Virus record (IMG/VR): IMGVR_UViG_3300028888_005256
DNA: 64,000 nucleotides
Reading direction: 5' to 3' (one strand)
Source of the DNA: a virus
Taxonomy: Duplodnaviria > Heunggongvirae > Uroviricota > Caudoviricetes
Shown here: positions 46,301-56,069 of the stretch, piece after piece
Layout: each line of letters opens with the position of its first letter
Position numbering within the stretch: position 1 is the stretch's first letter
Notes under the pieces: model-generated
Told to the model about the DNA's origin: nothing
Seen by the model: only the letters and a program-made list of their open reading frames with translations
Databases searched by the model: none
Made by a program: the position numbers and the translations under genes

Positions 46301-47830
46301 AGTGAGCTCGTTCTTGATGATAAAGACATTCCAAAAATTAAGTTCCGCAAAATGACTTCCGGTGACACGCCAAGCGAAGAAGTTTATGAAGCTTATGATG
46401 GTTCTTACTTTGATGGTGAGAAGTCACTTCACTACACATTGAAGAACAAAAGTCCTTCTGACTCTAATTTGATTTACTTTGGCGATAGCGCAAAAGTTTC
46501 TGTAGAGCTTAATGAGCAAACTATTCTAGATGATTACAATGTAGGTGAAGCTTATAATGCTGGCGGAATTCATATCTCTGCACCAAAAGATGCATTTGAG
46601 AATGAAGTAATGGGCAAGAGCTTCTGGAACGGTATCTCAATTGATATTGATGTTCCAGTAAGAGACTACAATAAGCTTGAAGAGTCAGACACATCAGAAT
46701 TCGTACCTGGTGTAGATAATAATTCTCTAAAAGTTTCTCTTACAAATGTAAGAATTGACGGAGATGATTCTGAGCAAATGTCTTCTTACAATGGAAATGC
46801 TTTTGCAAGATTCAGTTCTGTGATACCATACTTCTATCTTAATGATAGCTCGTTATTCAATGTCAGAATTGCAAATCAAGACAGAATAAATGCTTTGATG
46901 AAAAGAGACATTTGTTCAGGAATAGAACAAACTACTCTTGACAAGATTGAGAAACTTGAATTCTCTGGTGAGCTGACAGGCATTTGGTCTAACATTCTTC
47001 ATGAAAGTCGTTTAATAGACTTCAAGGTAATGCTCAATGACAAAGATGTATTCTGTGAGACAGTCAATGGCGATACTGCTTTGAGTTTCAAGAACACTGC
47101 ACAAAGTGGCAGCCATGCAAATTACAGTGCCGACTTTGACATTGATATGCCAATTACATTTGACAAAGACATTATTCTTACTGAAGATGATGAGCTTGAA
47201 TTGTATGCTACTTTCTATAGTGTAAAAGGAACTACAGAAGTGAAGATTGCTTCATTCAAGAATGTCTTTAGAATTGATGGAGTGTCTGAGAAAGAAAGAC
47301 TTACTGCAGGCTCATTTGATGAGATTCATGACATCAATTATGGAGAAGCATTCAACAGCAATTCTCCTGAAGATGGTGCAAGCATTAAGAAAGGCAGAAT
47401 GCTTGAGAATGGAAAACATATTTATGAGTACTCTCCTGGTACTGCATGCTTCTATCTTGGCGAATTTGACAACATTGCAGGCTTTACAGTAGAGATTCAC
47501 ATCCCAGAAGATAAAGAAGTCCCTGCTGTAGATAAATTTACTGGTTCTACTGAAGGCCTTAGACTTCAATGTAGATTTGAGACTGAGCATGAAGATTCTG
47601 GCTCAGGATTGACAATGAGAGATGCAGCTTCTCCTTGGCTTGATTGCAACTCTCCAGTTGGCTGGTATAATAAGCCTGCTAATGATTTAGATCCAGTTAT
47701 GTATGCAGCAAAGTCTACAGCTCTTAGAAAGAGAGTTTCTTTCGGAAGACTACTTTACTCTGGAAAATTGTACATTCGCTTGAAGACAGAGTTTGAATTC
47801 ACTAGTGTTGAGTTGGTTGAGGTTGTTTAA
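43394..47830 (+). CDS. very large structural protein, probable tail fibre/tail spike (1478 aa)
   Basis: Repetitive beta-strand-like blocks (ISNDNCIIANVFANSATITVEADV...) suggest a beta-helix. Assignment is inference from size and composition. Confidence 0.45.
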   Translation: MLNEKQQSSLLYKHFMGMGSTRLQREFFEESAKSAFAVLPKDIWMYAEMIPNGSEVSGGLESLEKIRDLSAENPLFTWFKTESQPKYPIVKFWDKLRLTPVDDGTDNSFYVKDENGNFIRNAIPFNYYEDYYAYSLYTEDGRQIPFGVGDWTFDASSGILSFFDIIPDGIDHNHPPLFSFYQYAGECGIKSSLDDLFESAVLPITNFCIPEGSPFISLNKDNEKTLLEHIKDQTNKVEDNYLSTYGFDGGDKNEGVAFSWERVFPLIYTKTKDYVKGYDSSATAQIVVTYSSKYAVSEAENDFFSVGFVSHNCSDEKFTLKLSEGNIESWADGELIDSKAFNSQPDTANIKLALNNGFCYVQKKSSFTEDAEFEFSVANSIGEDGKVTGLLLYWSSAKMDYLPFVPKEEDHYDFGFPIVSLIGKIPPSMKMDSTALTSFEDQITPDYYGPRVAVAVIGLEDGDATKSADYIVKNKPGFYLDEILTAVREDHHYGKVYLRSGIYKTTGTLDLSDIIIEGEGDTKIEGDTLTISNGERDYNHTCISHIELDFKDISISNDNCIIANVFANSATITVEADVQKFILENATVDTLKIKASNPADFSLKVFSSRFRNVEIESANVVFADNVVTGSLTLPENFNSYIKSSYINKVFNFSTKAKVDGTFINEYDLESVAEHGITPIGSDKEDTTGRFAIFDKNDFKSTRYAEFKEPFHYNRDTDVIELLYDKDYVDLDADGRLYVTADTKHLHPAPDTVFSRGDNASDDNKEFLPAKQYNYKDHTIDDVLKDLWHEKADLTASGKIPLQQLPDAVAYGGLMYVGNWSFEDHDGEYPTFNDANQFLSADNTNKAIQRGWFWVVSASKNKDSDSEEENTPVAVQVAKDGVEYTAGDWVVYCGGEKQWDKLDRAFSDPAYSPLPSSSKATDEPDKPWYWKNDRRGGALELGGDTIITAFNKVNDQLRKLEPRKPDSINDSELVLDDKDIPKIKFRKMTSGDTPSEEVYEAYDGSYFDGEKSLHYTLKNKSPSDSNLIYFGDSAKVSVELNEQTILDDYNVGEAYNAGGIHISAPKDAFENEVMGKSFWNGISIDIDVPVRDYNKLEESDTSEFVPGVDNNSLKVSLTNVRIDGDDSEQMSSYNGNAFARFSSVIPYFYLNDSSLFNVRIANQDRINALMKRDICSGIEQTTLDKIEKLEFSGELTGIWSNILHESRLIDFKVMLNDKDVFCETVNGDTALSFKNTAQSGSHANYSADFDIDMPITFDKDIILTEDDELELYATFYSVKGTTEVKIASFKNVFRIDGVSEKERLTAGSFDEIHDINYGEAFNSNSPEDGASIKKGRMLENGKHIYEYSPGTACFYLGEFDNIAGFTVEIHIPEDKEVPAVDKFTGSTEGLRLQCRFETEHEDSGSGLTMRDAASPWLDCNSPVGWYNKPANDLDPVMYAAKSTALRKRVSFGRLLYSGKLYIRLKTEFEFTSVELVEVV

Positions 47831-48705
47831 TGAAAGAGTATGTTTCTAATGTAGAAGATTCAAGAGTTGCAGAAGAGGAGCTTGTTTCTACTAAAGGTCA
47901 GCATATCAACCCTGAGCAAATTTGGAGAGACGGGAGCTTCATTCCCTCATCCCCAGATTACCTAAGCTTTACAGAGTTTAGAGATGCTAAGGGTGACACA
48001 GGCACTTACTTTTTTAGAAAAGCTTTTATTTTTGATGGCTCTAAAGAAATTCCAGTTGTTGAGCATATAAAAGGCCTTAAACTTGTGAGAGTGCCTGGTA
48101 CGCTAAATTCTTTCAGATCAAATAGACTTATTGATTTGATTGGTTCAGAGTTCAATGAAGATGCAAGAGAAGCATTCTATGAGGATTCTTTTGAAGAACA
48201 GCCAATTGCTACAGTCATAGCACCTGAAAGTGAGTCTCTTAAGAAAAGACGAAAATGGGAGTTTGTGCTCTCAGATGAAGATGGCACAGAGTTTGCTTAC
48301 GGTATTGGTGACCCTATAGTAGACTCTGCAGCTGGTGTACTTACTTTTAGATCAAAAGACTTTGTAGAGTCTATTAAAGATAAAGAAGCTGTCTATATAG
48401 ATTTCTATAGATACATTGGTCGTAAAGGCTTCTTTGGCAGTGATTTGGGAATTGATCTTCCATTCAGAGACGATTTGACTCTTTTGAAAAGTGCATCTGA
48501 TGAAAATAAGACTGCATCTTTTGAACTAGCGGGTGAAAGTAGACACACAGTCTATGTATTGCCAAACAATCTTGGCGTATATGTCCCGTCTCAGCCTGAC
48601 AAAGGCGTGGTAATGCTTCAAGAGAATTACAATGAAATAGACTGGAACATAGGCCATCACAATGGTGGACATTTCAGAGATGACGGAACAATAACAAAAT
48701 CTTAA
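47830..48705 (+). CDS. hypothetical protein
   Basis: TAATG coupling to the fibre gene; followed by a terminator. Confidence 0.45.
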   Translation: MKEYVSNVEDSRVAEEELVSTKGQHINPEQIWRDGSFIPSSPDYLSFTEFRDAKGDTGTYFFRKAFIFDGSKEIPVVEHIKGLKLVRVPGTLNSFRSNRLIDLIGSEFNEDAREAFYEDSFEEQPIATVIAPESESLKKRRKWEFVLSDEDGTEFAYGIGDPIVDSAAGVLTFRSKDFVESIKDKEAVYIDFYRYIGRKGFFGSDLGIDLPFRDDLTLLKSASDENKTASFELAGESRHTVYVLPNNLGVYVPSQPDKGVVMLQENYNEIDWNIGHHNGGHFRDDGTITKS

Positions 48706-48710
48706 ATAAG

Positions 48711-48746
48711 CGAAAGGCTCCCTTTTGAGGAGCCTTTATTTTTTAA
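48711..48746 (+). terminator. rho-independent terminator
   Basis: AAAGGCTCC-cttttga-GGAGCCTTT followed by ATTTTTT. Confidence 0.7.
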
Positions 48747-50041
48747 TTTTTAGCAGCTGCTGCTATTGCAGGAAGCCCTTTTTCTTGATAAGCAAGATTC
48801 TTGACTTTGAATGAAACTCCGATATTTTTCATTTTATCGCAGTTCATTGAGCGGACTACTACGCCTTCATGCTGCATATAGTCTTTCCAAAGAACTTCAT
48901 TTTCAGCAGGCTTGTAGTTTAGAATAAGCTCACCATCTTTGATTTTCCATGAAGCACTTTCTGCGTATTTGACTGCAGCCTCAATGTTTGGCATAATGCT
49001 GCCAAGACGAACATCTCTTTCAAGAATAGGAACTGTCTTAAGACCAAGCTCATTACAAGCAGCAATCATATCATCAAGATTGAGCTGAGTTTTTGTTACC
49101 ATGTCTTCAATAAGATAGACATACCAGTCAACTTCTTTAAGATTGTAGATGTTGTTCTGAATTCCTGGACCACACTGTTCAGCTTGTATAATGAGAAGCT
49201 TGCCTGTTTCTTTGTAGAATTTAAGCAATTTCTTTTCAAGGTCATGCTTTATGCAAAAATTCCAAAAGTCATTGTTGCATTTGAGCTTATACGCATTGTT
49301 GCGAGAACATACATAAAAATTCTTGACTTTCTTAAGTCTTCCATTTAATCGAAGAACATCAAAAGCAGTAGTTGCAGATTGTCCTTCCATCTTCGCAGAA
49401 ACATAGACTTTGTCACCTGCAAAAATAGTAGTAGCATGCTTCATATTCTGGATTGTTGTCTCGTCAGATTTGTGTACTTCGCCAACAGGGAATCCGCCTG
49501 CTGAATTCTGATGATTTCTTTGCCAAATAACACCGATCCATCTTGTCAATTTATGTGACAAACAAAATTTCACCCATTTAGGATAAGCTTTTTTAGACTT
49601 TGTAGTCGGAGATGCTTCTTCCTCAGTCTCGTATTTACGAATCTCAAGAAGGTCTGTTACATCATCGCCAGCTTTAAGCTTTTTGACAATGTTTTCATCT
49701 AAGCCAGCTTCATTGAGCTTTACGATAAGTCCCCAAGACTTTACACGGTCGCCTTCAATCTCTTCGCCGTCTACGATAACTGCTTTCTTTCCCATAGTCA
49801 TTGGTTTGATGATAAAACCATTCCAAGATTCGTTGAAGCAGCGTTTGCGCAAAAACTCCCATTGCTCTTTTACAGGAAGGATAGAGCCCTCTTGGATAAA
49901 AATAGCAAGGTCTTCTGGCTTAAGGTCTACAGACGTAATAGCCTCGTAGCCATTCTCTTTCATTGTGACACATTGAATTTTGTCTTTCTGAAACATTTTC
50001 TGAGTTGACTCAATTGTCACAACACTAGCAAGATCTCTCAT
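48743..50041 (-). CDS. ATP-dependent polynucleotide ligase-like nucleotidyltransferase
   Basis: Candidate motif I KxEG (VSAKMEGQS), motif IV-like EGVVVR, motif III-like LLIIQAEQCGPG. Confidence 0.4.
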   Translation of the reverse strand: MRDLASVVTIESTQKMFQKDKIQCVTMKENGYEAITSVDLKPEDLAIFIQEGSILPVKEQWEFLRKRCFNESWNGFIIKPMTMGKKAVIVDGEEIEGDRVKSWGLIVKLNEAGLDENIVKKLKAGDDVTDLLEIRKYETEEEASPTTKSKKAYPKWVKFCLSHKLTRWIGVIWQRNHQNSAGGFPVGEVHKSDETTIQNMKHATTIFAGDKVYVSAKMEGQSATTAFDVLRLNGRLKKVKNFYVCSRNNAYKLKCNNDFWNFCIKHDLEKKLLKFYKETGKLLIIQAEQCGPGIQNNIYNLKEVDWYVYLIEDMVTKTQLNLDDMIAACNELGLKTVPILERDVRLGSIMPNIEAAVKYAESASWKIKDGELILNYKPAENEVLWKDYMQHEGVVVRSMNCDKMKNIGVSFKVKNLAYQEKGLPAIAAAAKN

Positions 50042-50109
50042 ATATCATTTGCTCCTTTTGTGAATAAAAGTTTTCATTAAAAAATTAACCTAGGCTTAAT
50101 AGCTTTAAG

Positions 50110-50412
50110 TTAAATATTTACAGACGAGTAAAGACTGCAGAAGTCTTCTACGTCCATCATTTTGAATCGGCCATCAATTATAGCACCAACACTTTCAATA
50201 TCTGAATGCGGTACAGTTGTTTTAAGAGAATCAAGGCCCTCATCTTCTGTAGCATAGAAAGATCGTCCCTTATTGCCAGCAAACATGTACTCGCTGCGTA
50301 TGCCTTTGCTTTCTTTGCGTCGTTTGTAGAAACTTGCATCCTTGTTGAGTTTTACAAGAACGACTCCTTTAATTACATGATTTCTTCTTATAGTAGTGCT
50401 CTCTTCAGACAT
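50110..50412 (-). CDS. hypothetical protein
   Basis: AGGAG SD; conserved promoter motif and element 6 upstream. Confidence 0.45.
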   Translation of the reverse strand: MSEESTTIRRNHVIKGVVLVKLNKDASFYKRRKESKGIRSEYMFAGNKGRSFYATEDEGLDSLKTTVPHSDIESVGAIIDGRFKMMDVEDFCSLYSSVNI

Positions 50413-50438
50413 AATCTTTGCTCCTAATTCTCTATTGA

Positions 50439-50462
50439 TAGTAATATAATAGAAAAATAGTA
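50439..50462 (-). promoter_or_regulatory. conserved phage promoter motif (CTATTTTTCTATTATATTAC)
   Basis: TATTATATTA motif family member. Confidence 0.55.
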
Positions 50463-50466
50463 AATA

Positions 50467-50548
50467 TTTTTAAATTAATTAATAATTTAATAGCAACCAA
50501 CCCACCCTTCAATATAGCGCTCGTGGCCATTAATAGTTGACGAATTGG
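50467..50548 (+). repeat. conserved bipartite intergenic element, copy 6 (diverged)
   Basis: L-box variant with small insertions (TTTAAATTAATTAATAATTTAATAGC); R-box CCATTAATAGTTGACGAATTGG; core AACCAACCCACCCTTCAATATAGCGCTCGTGG. Confidence 0.8.
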
Positions 50549-50556
50549 TAATCATA

Positions 50557-50586
50557 GGGTAACAATTGTTAACCATGGGTAACAAG
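50557..50586. promoter_or_regulatory. operator-like site: GGGTAACAA direct repeats around the perfect 12-bp palindrome TAACAATTGTTA
   Basis: GGGTAACAATTGTTAACCATGGGTAACAAG, about 160 nt upstream of gene 50745. Confidence 0.4.
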
Positions 50587-50744
50587 TTCTGAAAAATGTC
50601 TTAGAGAAGAGTACAAACTAATTATTCAAAATCTTAATCTTATATGAAGCGGCTACCATGCGATCGTGATATTGAGAAATCAATGAAAACTGCAAAATAT
50701 GATAAGTGCTCAAATTTAAGCAGTGGCATGAGAAGGAATACATA

Positions 50745-52016
50745 ATGAGAGTAACAAACAACTCTGTAAAGTTCTCAGATGTTCTCAGAGAGGCATCAAG
50801 AGTAAAAAAAGCTAATGGTGAAGATCCTAGAATCACAGCCAAAGAGTTCAAAGCATTGAGAGAAGAGTACAAAAAAGTGCTCGGAAAAACTTCTGAGAAA
50901 CTCAATGAATCAAAAGATGAAGATCCTGTCTTCACAAAAGCTTGTGAAAAGCTTTCTGAAAAGAAAGTTGAAAAAGGTCTTCCAGCAAGATTGACTGAAT
51001 CAGAGAAATCTGCTATCAGAGCAGAGATTGATGCATTCAATACACTTCAGCCAAATGTTATCAAAGCATTCCGCGAAGCTAAACTTGCTAAAGGTCTTTC
51101 TCCTGTTATCTCAGAAAATGAGAGAAAAGTTCTTCTTGAAGAGCAGCAGAAAGCATACCTCAATGAGAATGCAAAGCCTGCTGAAAACAAAGAACCTCTT
51201 AAAGAAGAGAAAACAGATCACAAAGCAGCTATTCGTGAAGCTCGTGTAAATATCTACAAAGCTAAGAAAGCTCTCCGTGAGGGTGACTTGAATGCAGCAG
51301 CAGATGCAACTCAGGCAGCAGATGCAAGTCTTAATGCAGTTGATGCAGCACAGGAAGCAGTTCCTCAGAACATTGCTGATACAGTGGCAGAACTTGGCGC
51401 AGTAGTTGACGACCTTAAAGCACAGTGTGGTGTACAGGACACACCTGATATGGGTGCAAATCCTGAAGCAAATCTTCCACCAGTAACTGGCGCACCAGCT
51501 GATAATGCTCCTGCAGCAGATCCAAATGCAGCACCAGCTCCAGCAGCTCCAGCAGCTCCTATTCAGGAATCTACAGAGCCAAAAGGTGCTTCTAAGCTTG
51601 AAGAGATTAAAGCTCGCCTCGCTCAGAGAGAAGCTGCTCTTGCAAAAATCAAAGAATCTGTAGCACAGGATTTTGGAAAGAATGCTCTTGCTGATATTGG
51701 AACAAAACTTCCTGAAGCAATGATCGACGATCCAAAGAAAGTTGACAAGAAAGACAGTCCAGACACAATGACTCTTCCTACACAGAAAGAGCTTGCAGCT
51801 GGCACAGCAAAGGACGTTGTAAGATGGCCTACTGAAAAGACTAAGGGTCTTCCAACAACTTTGACTGAGTCTAAAGAAGAGCCTGCTGAAGAGAAACTTG
51901 AGGAATCTCTTGCAGAACAGTTTGTTACAAAGAAACTTCAGGAAAATGAAGATTCTAAGAACTGGAACTGGAGCAAGATTCTTGCAAGCGGAATTCTTAG
52001 CCCAACACTCGGCTAA
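50745..52016 (+). CDS. Ala/Pro/Lys/Glu-rich low-complexity protein (possibly scaffold-like)
   Basis: ATG 50745 after GAGAAGGAA; PAPAAPAAP tract; followed by a bidirectional terminator. Confidence 0.5.
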   Translation: MRVTNNSVKFSDVLREASRVKKANGEDPRITAKEFKALREEYKKVLGKTSEKLNESKDEDPVFTKACEKLSEKKVEKGLPARLTESEKSAIRAEIDAFNTLQPNVIKAFREAKLAKGLSPVISENERKVLLEEQQKAYLNENAKPAENKEPLKEEKTDHKAAIREARVNIYKAKKALREGDLNAAADATQAADASLNAVDAAQEAVPQNIADTVAELGAVVDDLKAQCGVQDTPDMGANPEANLPPVTGAPADNAPAADPNAAPAPAAPAAPIQESTEPKGASKLEEIKARLAQREAALAKIKESVAQDFGKNALADIGTKLPEAMIDDPKKVDKKDSPDTMTLPTQKELAAGTAKDVVRWPTEKTKGLPTTLTESKEEPAEEKLEESLAEQFVTKKLQENEDSKNWNWSKILASGILSPTLG

Positions 52017-52029
52017 TAAGTTCTAGACA

Positions 52030-52068
52030 ATAAAAAAGCCGCTCCAAAAGAGCGGCTATTATTTTGCA
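52030..52068. terminator. bidirectional intrinsic terminator
   Basis: AGCCGCT-ccaaaag-AGCGGCT with A-tract 5' and T-rich 3'. Confidence 0.7.
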
Positions 52069-52080
52069 TTTTTCTAAATT

Positions 52081-52683
52081 CTATATGCCAGTGCTTCCGA
52101 ATCCGCCAGAGCCTCTAGAAGTTTTTTCTGAGTAGAAAGACTTCTGCAGCTCAGGATTCGTAAACCCATCTACAAATTCAGGCTTTGTCAAATCAATAAG
52201 CTTAGGAATAAGCTGAACCATCTTCTGGCCAAAGTCGAGATGAGTGCAAAGGTCTTTAGAGTAGTTTATGATATGAATCCCAATCTCACCTTGATAGCTT
52301 GAATCAATAATACAAGCACCACACTGAAACTTCTGTTTGCGGCAGACTCCTGATTTGTTGTTCACTTCAAGCTCGATATTGTTGTTGAAGCTAGACTTTA
52401 TTCCAGACGGGATAAGAATGTCATCGCCGGGCATAACAAAAATGCCAGATTCAGAAGCAGTTGTTCTTAAACGGTTATTTCGAAGCTTCACACCATAGAA
52501 AGGCGTTTCAACAATCTCAATCCAAGGGTTGAGCTCTTTAAGCTCTTTCAAGAACTCAAGTGAAAATTCTGGTACAAAGAAGTCAAAACCAGCATCTTCA
52601 CCAACATTTCTATTTGGGAACTTTACGTCCCGAATTCGCATAAATTTCATCATAATAAGATTATTAACATCTATTCGAGACAA
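52081..52683 (-). CDS. dut: trimeric dUTP diphosphatase (dUTPase)
   Basis: All five dUTPase motifs: AGFDF, NKSG, GACIIDSSYQGEIG, QKMVQL, SRGSGGFGSTG. Confidence 0.85.
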   Translation of the reverse strand: MSRIDVNNLIMMKFMRIRDVKFPNRNVGEDAGFDFFVPEFSLEFLKELKELNPWIEIVETPFYGVKLRNNRLRTTASESGIFVMPGDDILIPSGIKSSFNNNIELEVNNKSGVCRKQKFQCGACIIDSSYQGEIGIHIINYSKDLCTHLDFGQKMVQLIPKLIDLTKPEFVDGFTNPELQKSFYSEKTSRGSGGFGSTGI

Positions 52684-52694
52684 ACTAATTTTTT

Positions 52695-55526
52695 ATGGCA
52701 AATGTAACTCCTTATATAATGGATGAGACTGGCGCTCTTTCTGCTGTTAGTGCAAATAAAGAAGTTCAGTTCACATCTGCAGACAATAATAGTGAGTATG
52801 AGACTGCTAGACTCACTGATGCTATAAAAACTGCTGCTACTAGTAGACCTGCTGAAGCTGCTGAGACTGTTCCGACTTTCACTAATGAAAGAAATTTTGA
52901 TGGCTTGAATGATGCAGTCAACAGAATCGCTGATAAGCTCAATATTCTTACTTCAGAAGTAAACGGAAAAGATGATATTCTCATAGGACCAAGAAATCTA
53001 GACAGACTTAGAGACAATGTAAGAATACTTATAAAAGAGCTTTATAGGCAAGATTACGAAGACACAGGTGCTGCAAATTCTAAGAGATTCTCTGTAACAG
53101 CGAATACAAGATCTAGACTAGACTATCTTGACAAGAGTCTTTATCAGCTCAGTTTCAGAACCGCTGCTAATGAAGTGCCTTTTAAAGCAGGAGCTACTTA
53201 CAACGGCAAGTCTCTTTATAATGAGCCAACCAGTGATTTTCAAACTTATTCTACAAGTGTAGAGAATATTACAGATGCAAATGCATTCTATGGCTATGCA
53301 AATATTATAGACATTTTGATTGATGCAGTAGCTGGTGGTCAAAACAATCTGCTTAGAAAGAAGCAAAATGCTGATTACTTTAACACATCAGCTAAGCTTC
53401 TTGAGACTGGCTTGCTCACTACAACTGCTGAAAGCAAAACTGTAACTCAGCTTTCTGATTATCAAAATGCAGCGACAAAATACAGAGATTCGTGTACCCT
53501 AAAAGACAGACTTACTCGACTCGAGAATGCTTTAGATAAGATTTCTCTTAGAACAGTTGGCCGAGCAATCTTTGATCCTATAGGAGCTCCAGCTCTCTCT
53601 ACTTCATACTCTGCTAATGCAAGCAGCAATTCTTTTTTGACATTCTATAATGGTCTTTCAAGTGCTGATATGTTCCTTCAAAGCATATCTCAAATTCTTG
53701 GTCTCACTGTTTTGAATGTAGAAGACAGAACAAGACTTAATGGCGGAAAAAGTCCTTCTAACACAAGCCTCATTCAGCTTCAAAGCACTGATTATAAAAC
53801 TTCAGCTAATTCTTTAAAGACAAACAAAAAAGTAGGTCTCGAGGGTTTTGCATATACATTGCTAGACCATGAAGACAGGACTACAGAGATTGAGGCTTAC
53901 AAAACCTGTCTTAGTGTAAATTTGAATGGCTACTACAGTCCTTTAAAGCAAAGCAATGGCACTTTTAAGTCTACATACTCTATTGGCAATGAAGCTCGTT
54001 ACATGATGGACCTTTTGTACCCGACTATCACACAATCTGTGGAAAGTATTACTGAAGTGATAGATGGCGAAAATAATGGTCTTAGAGACTATGGTATGAC
54101 TACTTCTTCTGATAGCTCTCTTGACAAAGTTTTGGGAAGTGTCTATGACAACTTGCCCGCTACAACATCTAAACTTGGAAAAGACAAGAAAGGATTTATA
54201 GCTGGTTATGATTTCACTTCTTCTAGCAGAAGAAACAACTTTGTAGCTACGGGAACAGTGCTTAACAAAGTCAGAAAAATCATGAGAAATGATTTAGAGA
54301 CAAGATTTGACGGCATCTATACAGAGCTTGCAAAGATTCAAAATGCTCTTGGTTTCTCTGTTTATAATGGTAAGAGCGGCAACACAATTCTCAACACTAG
54401 CAATTTTCTTTCACTTGTAGATTCTATCTCTGTTGAAAATTCTCCAGGCTCTATATCATTTTCAACGCCTTGGAAATCTGGATATACAGAAAAAAGCTGT
54501 CCAGGTGCTGCAGTCAAGATTGAGTGTTTTGATAAGAGTGGCAATAAGATTAGCTCAGTCAATTCAGCTGCTAGTAGAGTCCTAGACACTAAGAATAAAT
54601 ACTCAATCGCAGACTATGCTTTGTCTGCTTGGGCTAATTCTATCTATTTAAGAAATTCACTTGAAACTCACTACTCATTTGTTCAGTCAGAGATGGAAGA
54701 TATTAATCAAGGCTTTCTATCATTGGCTGGTATGCTAAGAACGTTAGTAGGTGACGATGACTACAGTGCTGCGACAACTAATGCTAGCATTGCCTACGCT
54801 ACTCGTGTTTCTAAGCAGAGTCTTGCTAATAATTACACTCTTGAGCAACTCAAGTACTTCTCCACTTATGCAATTGACAATGCAGTAAGGTATAAAGCAG
54901 ACAGTCAGTATGAGACAAAGTTTCCCAATACGAATGCTGAAAGACGACTGCCTCTTAAAGAAACATACTTCTTGACAGGTAGAGTGTACAGTTCTGCTAA
55001 GACAATGCCGACAAAGTATCACACAAATGCTAAAGAAGCTGATGTCTTTATGCCAATGAGTGAGTTTGATGCTTGGGCTACTAATACAGAACAATCTTTC
55101 TCTGATACAATTACAACTTACAAAAATGCTATTGACAAAGATCTGGCTTCATATAAAAATGACGTTGATTCTTCAATTGCAACTTGCACAAATACTGTAA
55201 ATACATTTGCAGACAGAGTTTCTATGCTTGAGTCTCAGTCTTTGTCAACTGACAAAGCTAACACTCTTGGTATCGTCTACAGAAAGAAGAAAGGCACAGA
55301 CAGTAAAGATGATGCTGAAACATGCTTTGACCAAGCAACTCCTAGCACTACAATGTTCGATCTAGAGTGGAAAGACAATACACTTAGCACAGCAGGAAAG
55401 CAGGTTTTAACAAAAGCTTCTGATCTTAATGACGATGAGAAGGCAAGCTTAAAAGTCGACGGACTCTTTGTAAACTTTGCAAAAGACACTGTTCTTAGAA
55501 CTACTAAACTTTGGAGTCTTCAATAA
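52695..55526 (+). CDS. large Ser/Thr/Asn-rich structural protein, probable fibre/receptor-binding protein (943 aa)
   Basis: Compositional bias and size; co-directional with the following small gene. Confidence 0.45.
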   Translation: MANVTPYIMDETGALSAVSANKEVQFTSADNNSEYETARLTDAIKTAATSRPAEAAETVPTFTNERNFDGLNDAVNRIADKLNILTSEVNGKDDILIGPRNLDRLRDNVRILIKELYRQDYEDTGAANSKRFSVTANTRSRLDYLDKSLYQLSFRTAANEVPFKAGATYNGKSLYNEPTSDFQTYSTSVENITDANAFYGYANIIDILIDAVAGGQNNLLRKKQNADYFNTSAKLLETGLLTTTAESKTVTQLSDYQNAATKYRDSCTLKDRLTRLENALDKISLRTVGRAIFDPIGAPALSTSYSANASSNSFLTFYNGLSSADMFLQSISQILGLTVLNVEDRTRLNGGKSPSNTSLIQLQSTDYKTSANSLKTNKKVGLEGFAYTLLDHEDRTTEIEAYKTCLSVNLNGYYSPLKQSNGTFKSTYSIGNEARYMMDLLYPTITQSVESITEVIDGENNGLRDYGMTTSSDSSLDKVLGSVYDNLPATTSKLGKDKKGFIAGYDFTSSSRRNNFVATGTVLNKVRKIMRNDLETRFDGIYTELAKIQNALGFSVYNGKSGNTILNTSNFLSLVDSISVENSPGSISFSTPWKSGYTEKSCPGAAVKIECFDKSGNKISSVNSAASRVLDTKNKYSIADYALSAWANSIYLRNSLETHYSFVQSEMEDINQGFLSLAGMLRTLVGDDDYSAATTNASIAYATRVSKQSLANNYTLEQLKYFSTYAIDNAVRYKADSQYETKFPNTNAERRLPLKETYFLTGRVYSSAKTMPTKYHTNAKEADVFMPMSEFDAWATNTEQSFSDTITTYKNAIDKDLASYKNDVDSSIATCTNTVNTFADRVSMLESQSLSTDKANTLGIVYRKKKGTDSKDDAETCFDQATPSTTMFDLEWKDNTLSTAGKQVLTKASDLNDDEKASLKVDGLFVNFAKDTVLRTTKLWSLQ

Positions 55527-56054
55527 ATGGTAGATTTAATTTTTTGTAAGACAAAAGACTTCTCTCTAGCAAAGAGCTCTTTGTCAGAGAATGGCACAAT
55601 ATGGGTTGAATGTTCTTCTGGAGAGAAGTTGAATGACTTAGGTGACTTTCATTTAGAGAACAGTCTTGTTGTTTGTAATGGCGAAGAGACAAAAACCTTC
55701 TACCATTACTCTAAGTCAGATAAATACATTTGGAATTCTGTAGAAGTTCTTAGAGAAGTTGTTGTGCCATATACTGTAAAGGGCGAGAATGGTGAAAGAA
55801 TTAAGCGTGGGTGGGACTACTTAGACGGAAAACCGATGAGATGGACTAGTCTTGGTAATGCTTTGTACTGCTCAGATGAGAATTTTCTAAAGCAACTTTT
55901 AGTCTTGACATCATCAAACAAATCTTCTTCAGTTATAGAGTTCCCAGACATTAAAATAGAAAGAGACTACTCTATGCTAAGAGGAAAAGCTTCTACATCT
56001 GAAGACTGTGAACTATCTTTTAAGAACAGAAGTTTTCTCCCAAAAGAGAAATAA
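55527..56054 (+). CDS. hypothetical protein
   Basis: Start 1 nt after the previous stop; 175 aa. Confidence 0.45.
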   Translation: MVDLIFCKTKDFSLAKSSLSENGTIWVECSSGEKLNDLGDFHLENSLVVCNGEETKTFYHYSKSDKYIWNSVEVLREVVVPYTVKGENGERIKRGWDYLDGKPMRWTSLGNALYCSDENFLKQLLVLTSSNKSSSVIEFPDIKIERDYSMLRGKASTSEDCELSFKNRSFLPKEK

Positions 56055-56069
56055 GAAAGGAAACATACT

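Noticed and set aside
13267-50548. Diversity-generating retroelement (template/variable repeats) explaining the variable cores
   Set aside because: No reverse transcriptase gene in the window. Core differences are not restricted to adenine positions, and the cores are intergenic rather than within a target gene.
55527-56054. 175-aa ORF as the restriction endonuclease partner of the methyltransferase
   Set aside because: No PD-(D/E)xK, HNH or GIY-YIG signature. It is translationally coupled to the upstream fibre-like gene rather than to the methyltransferase.
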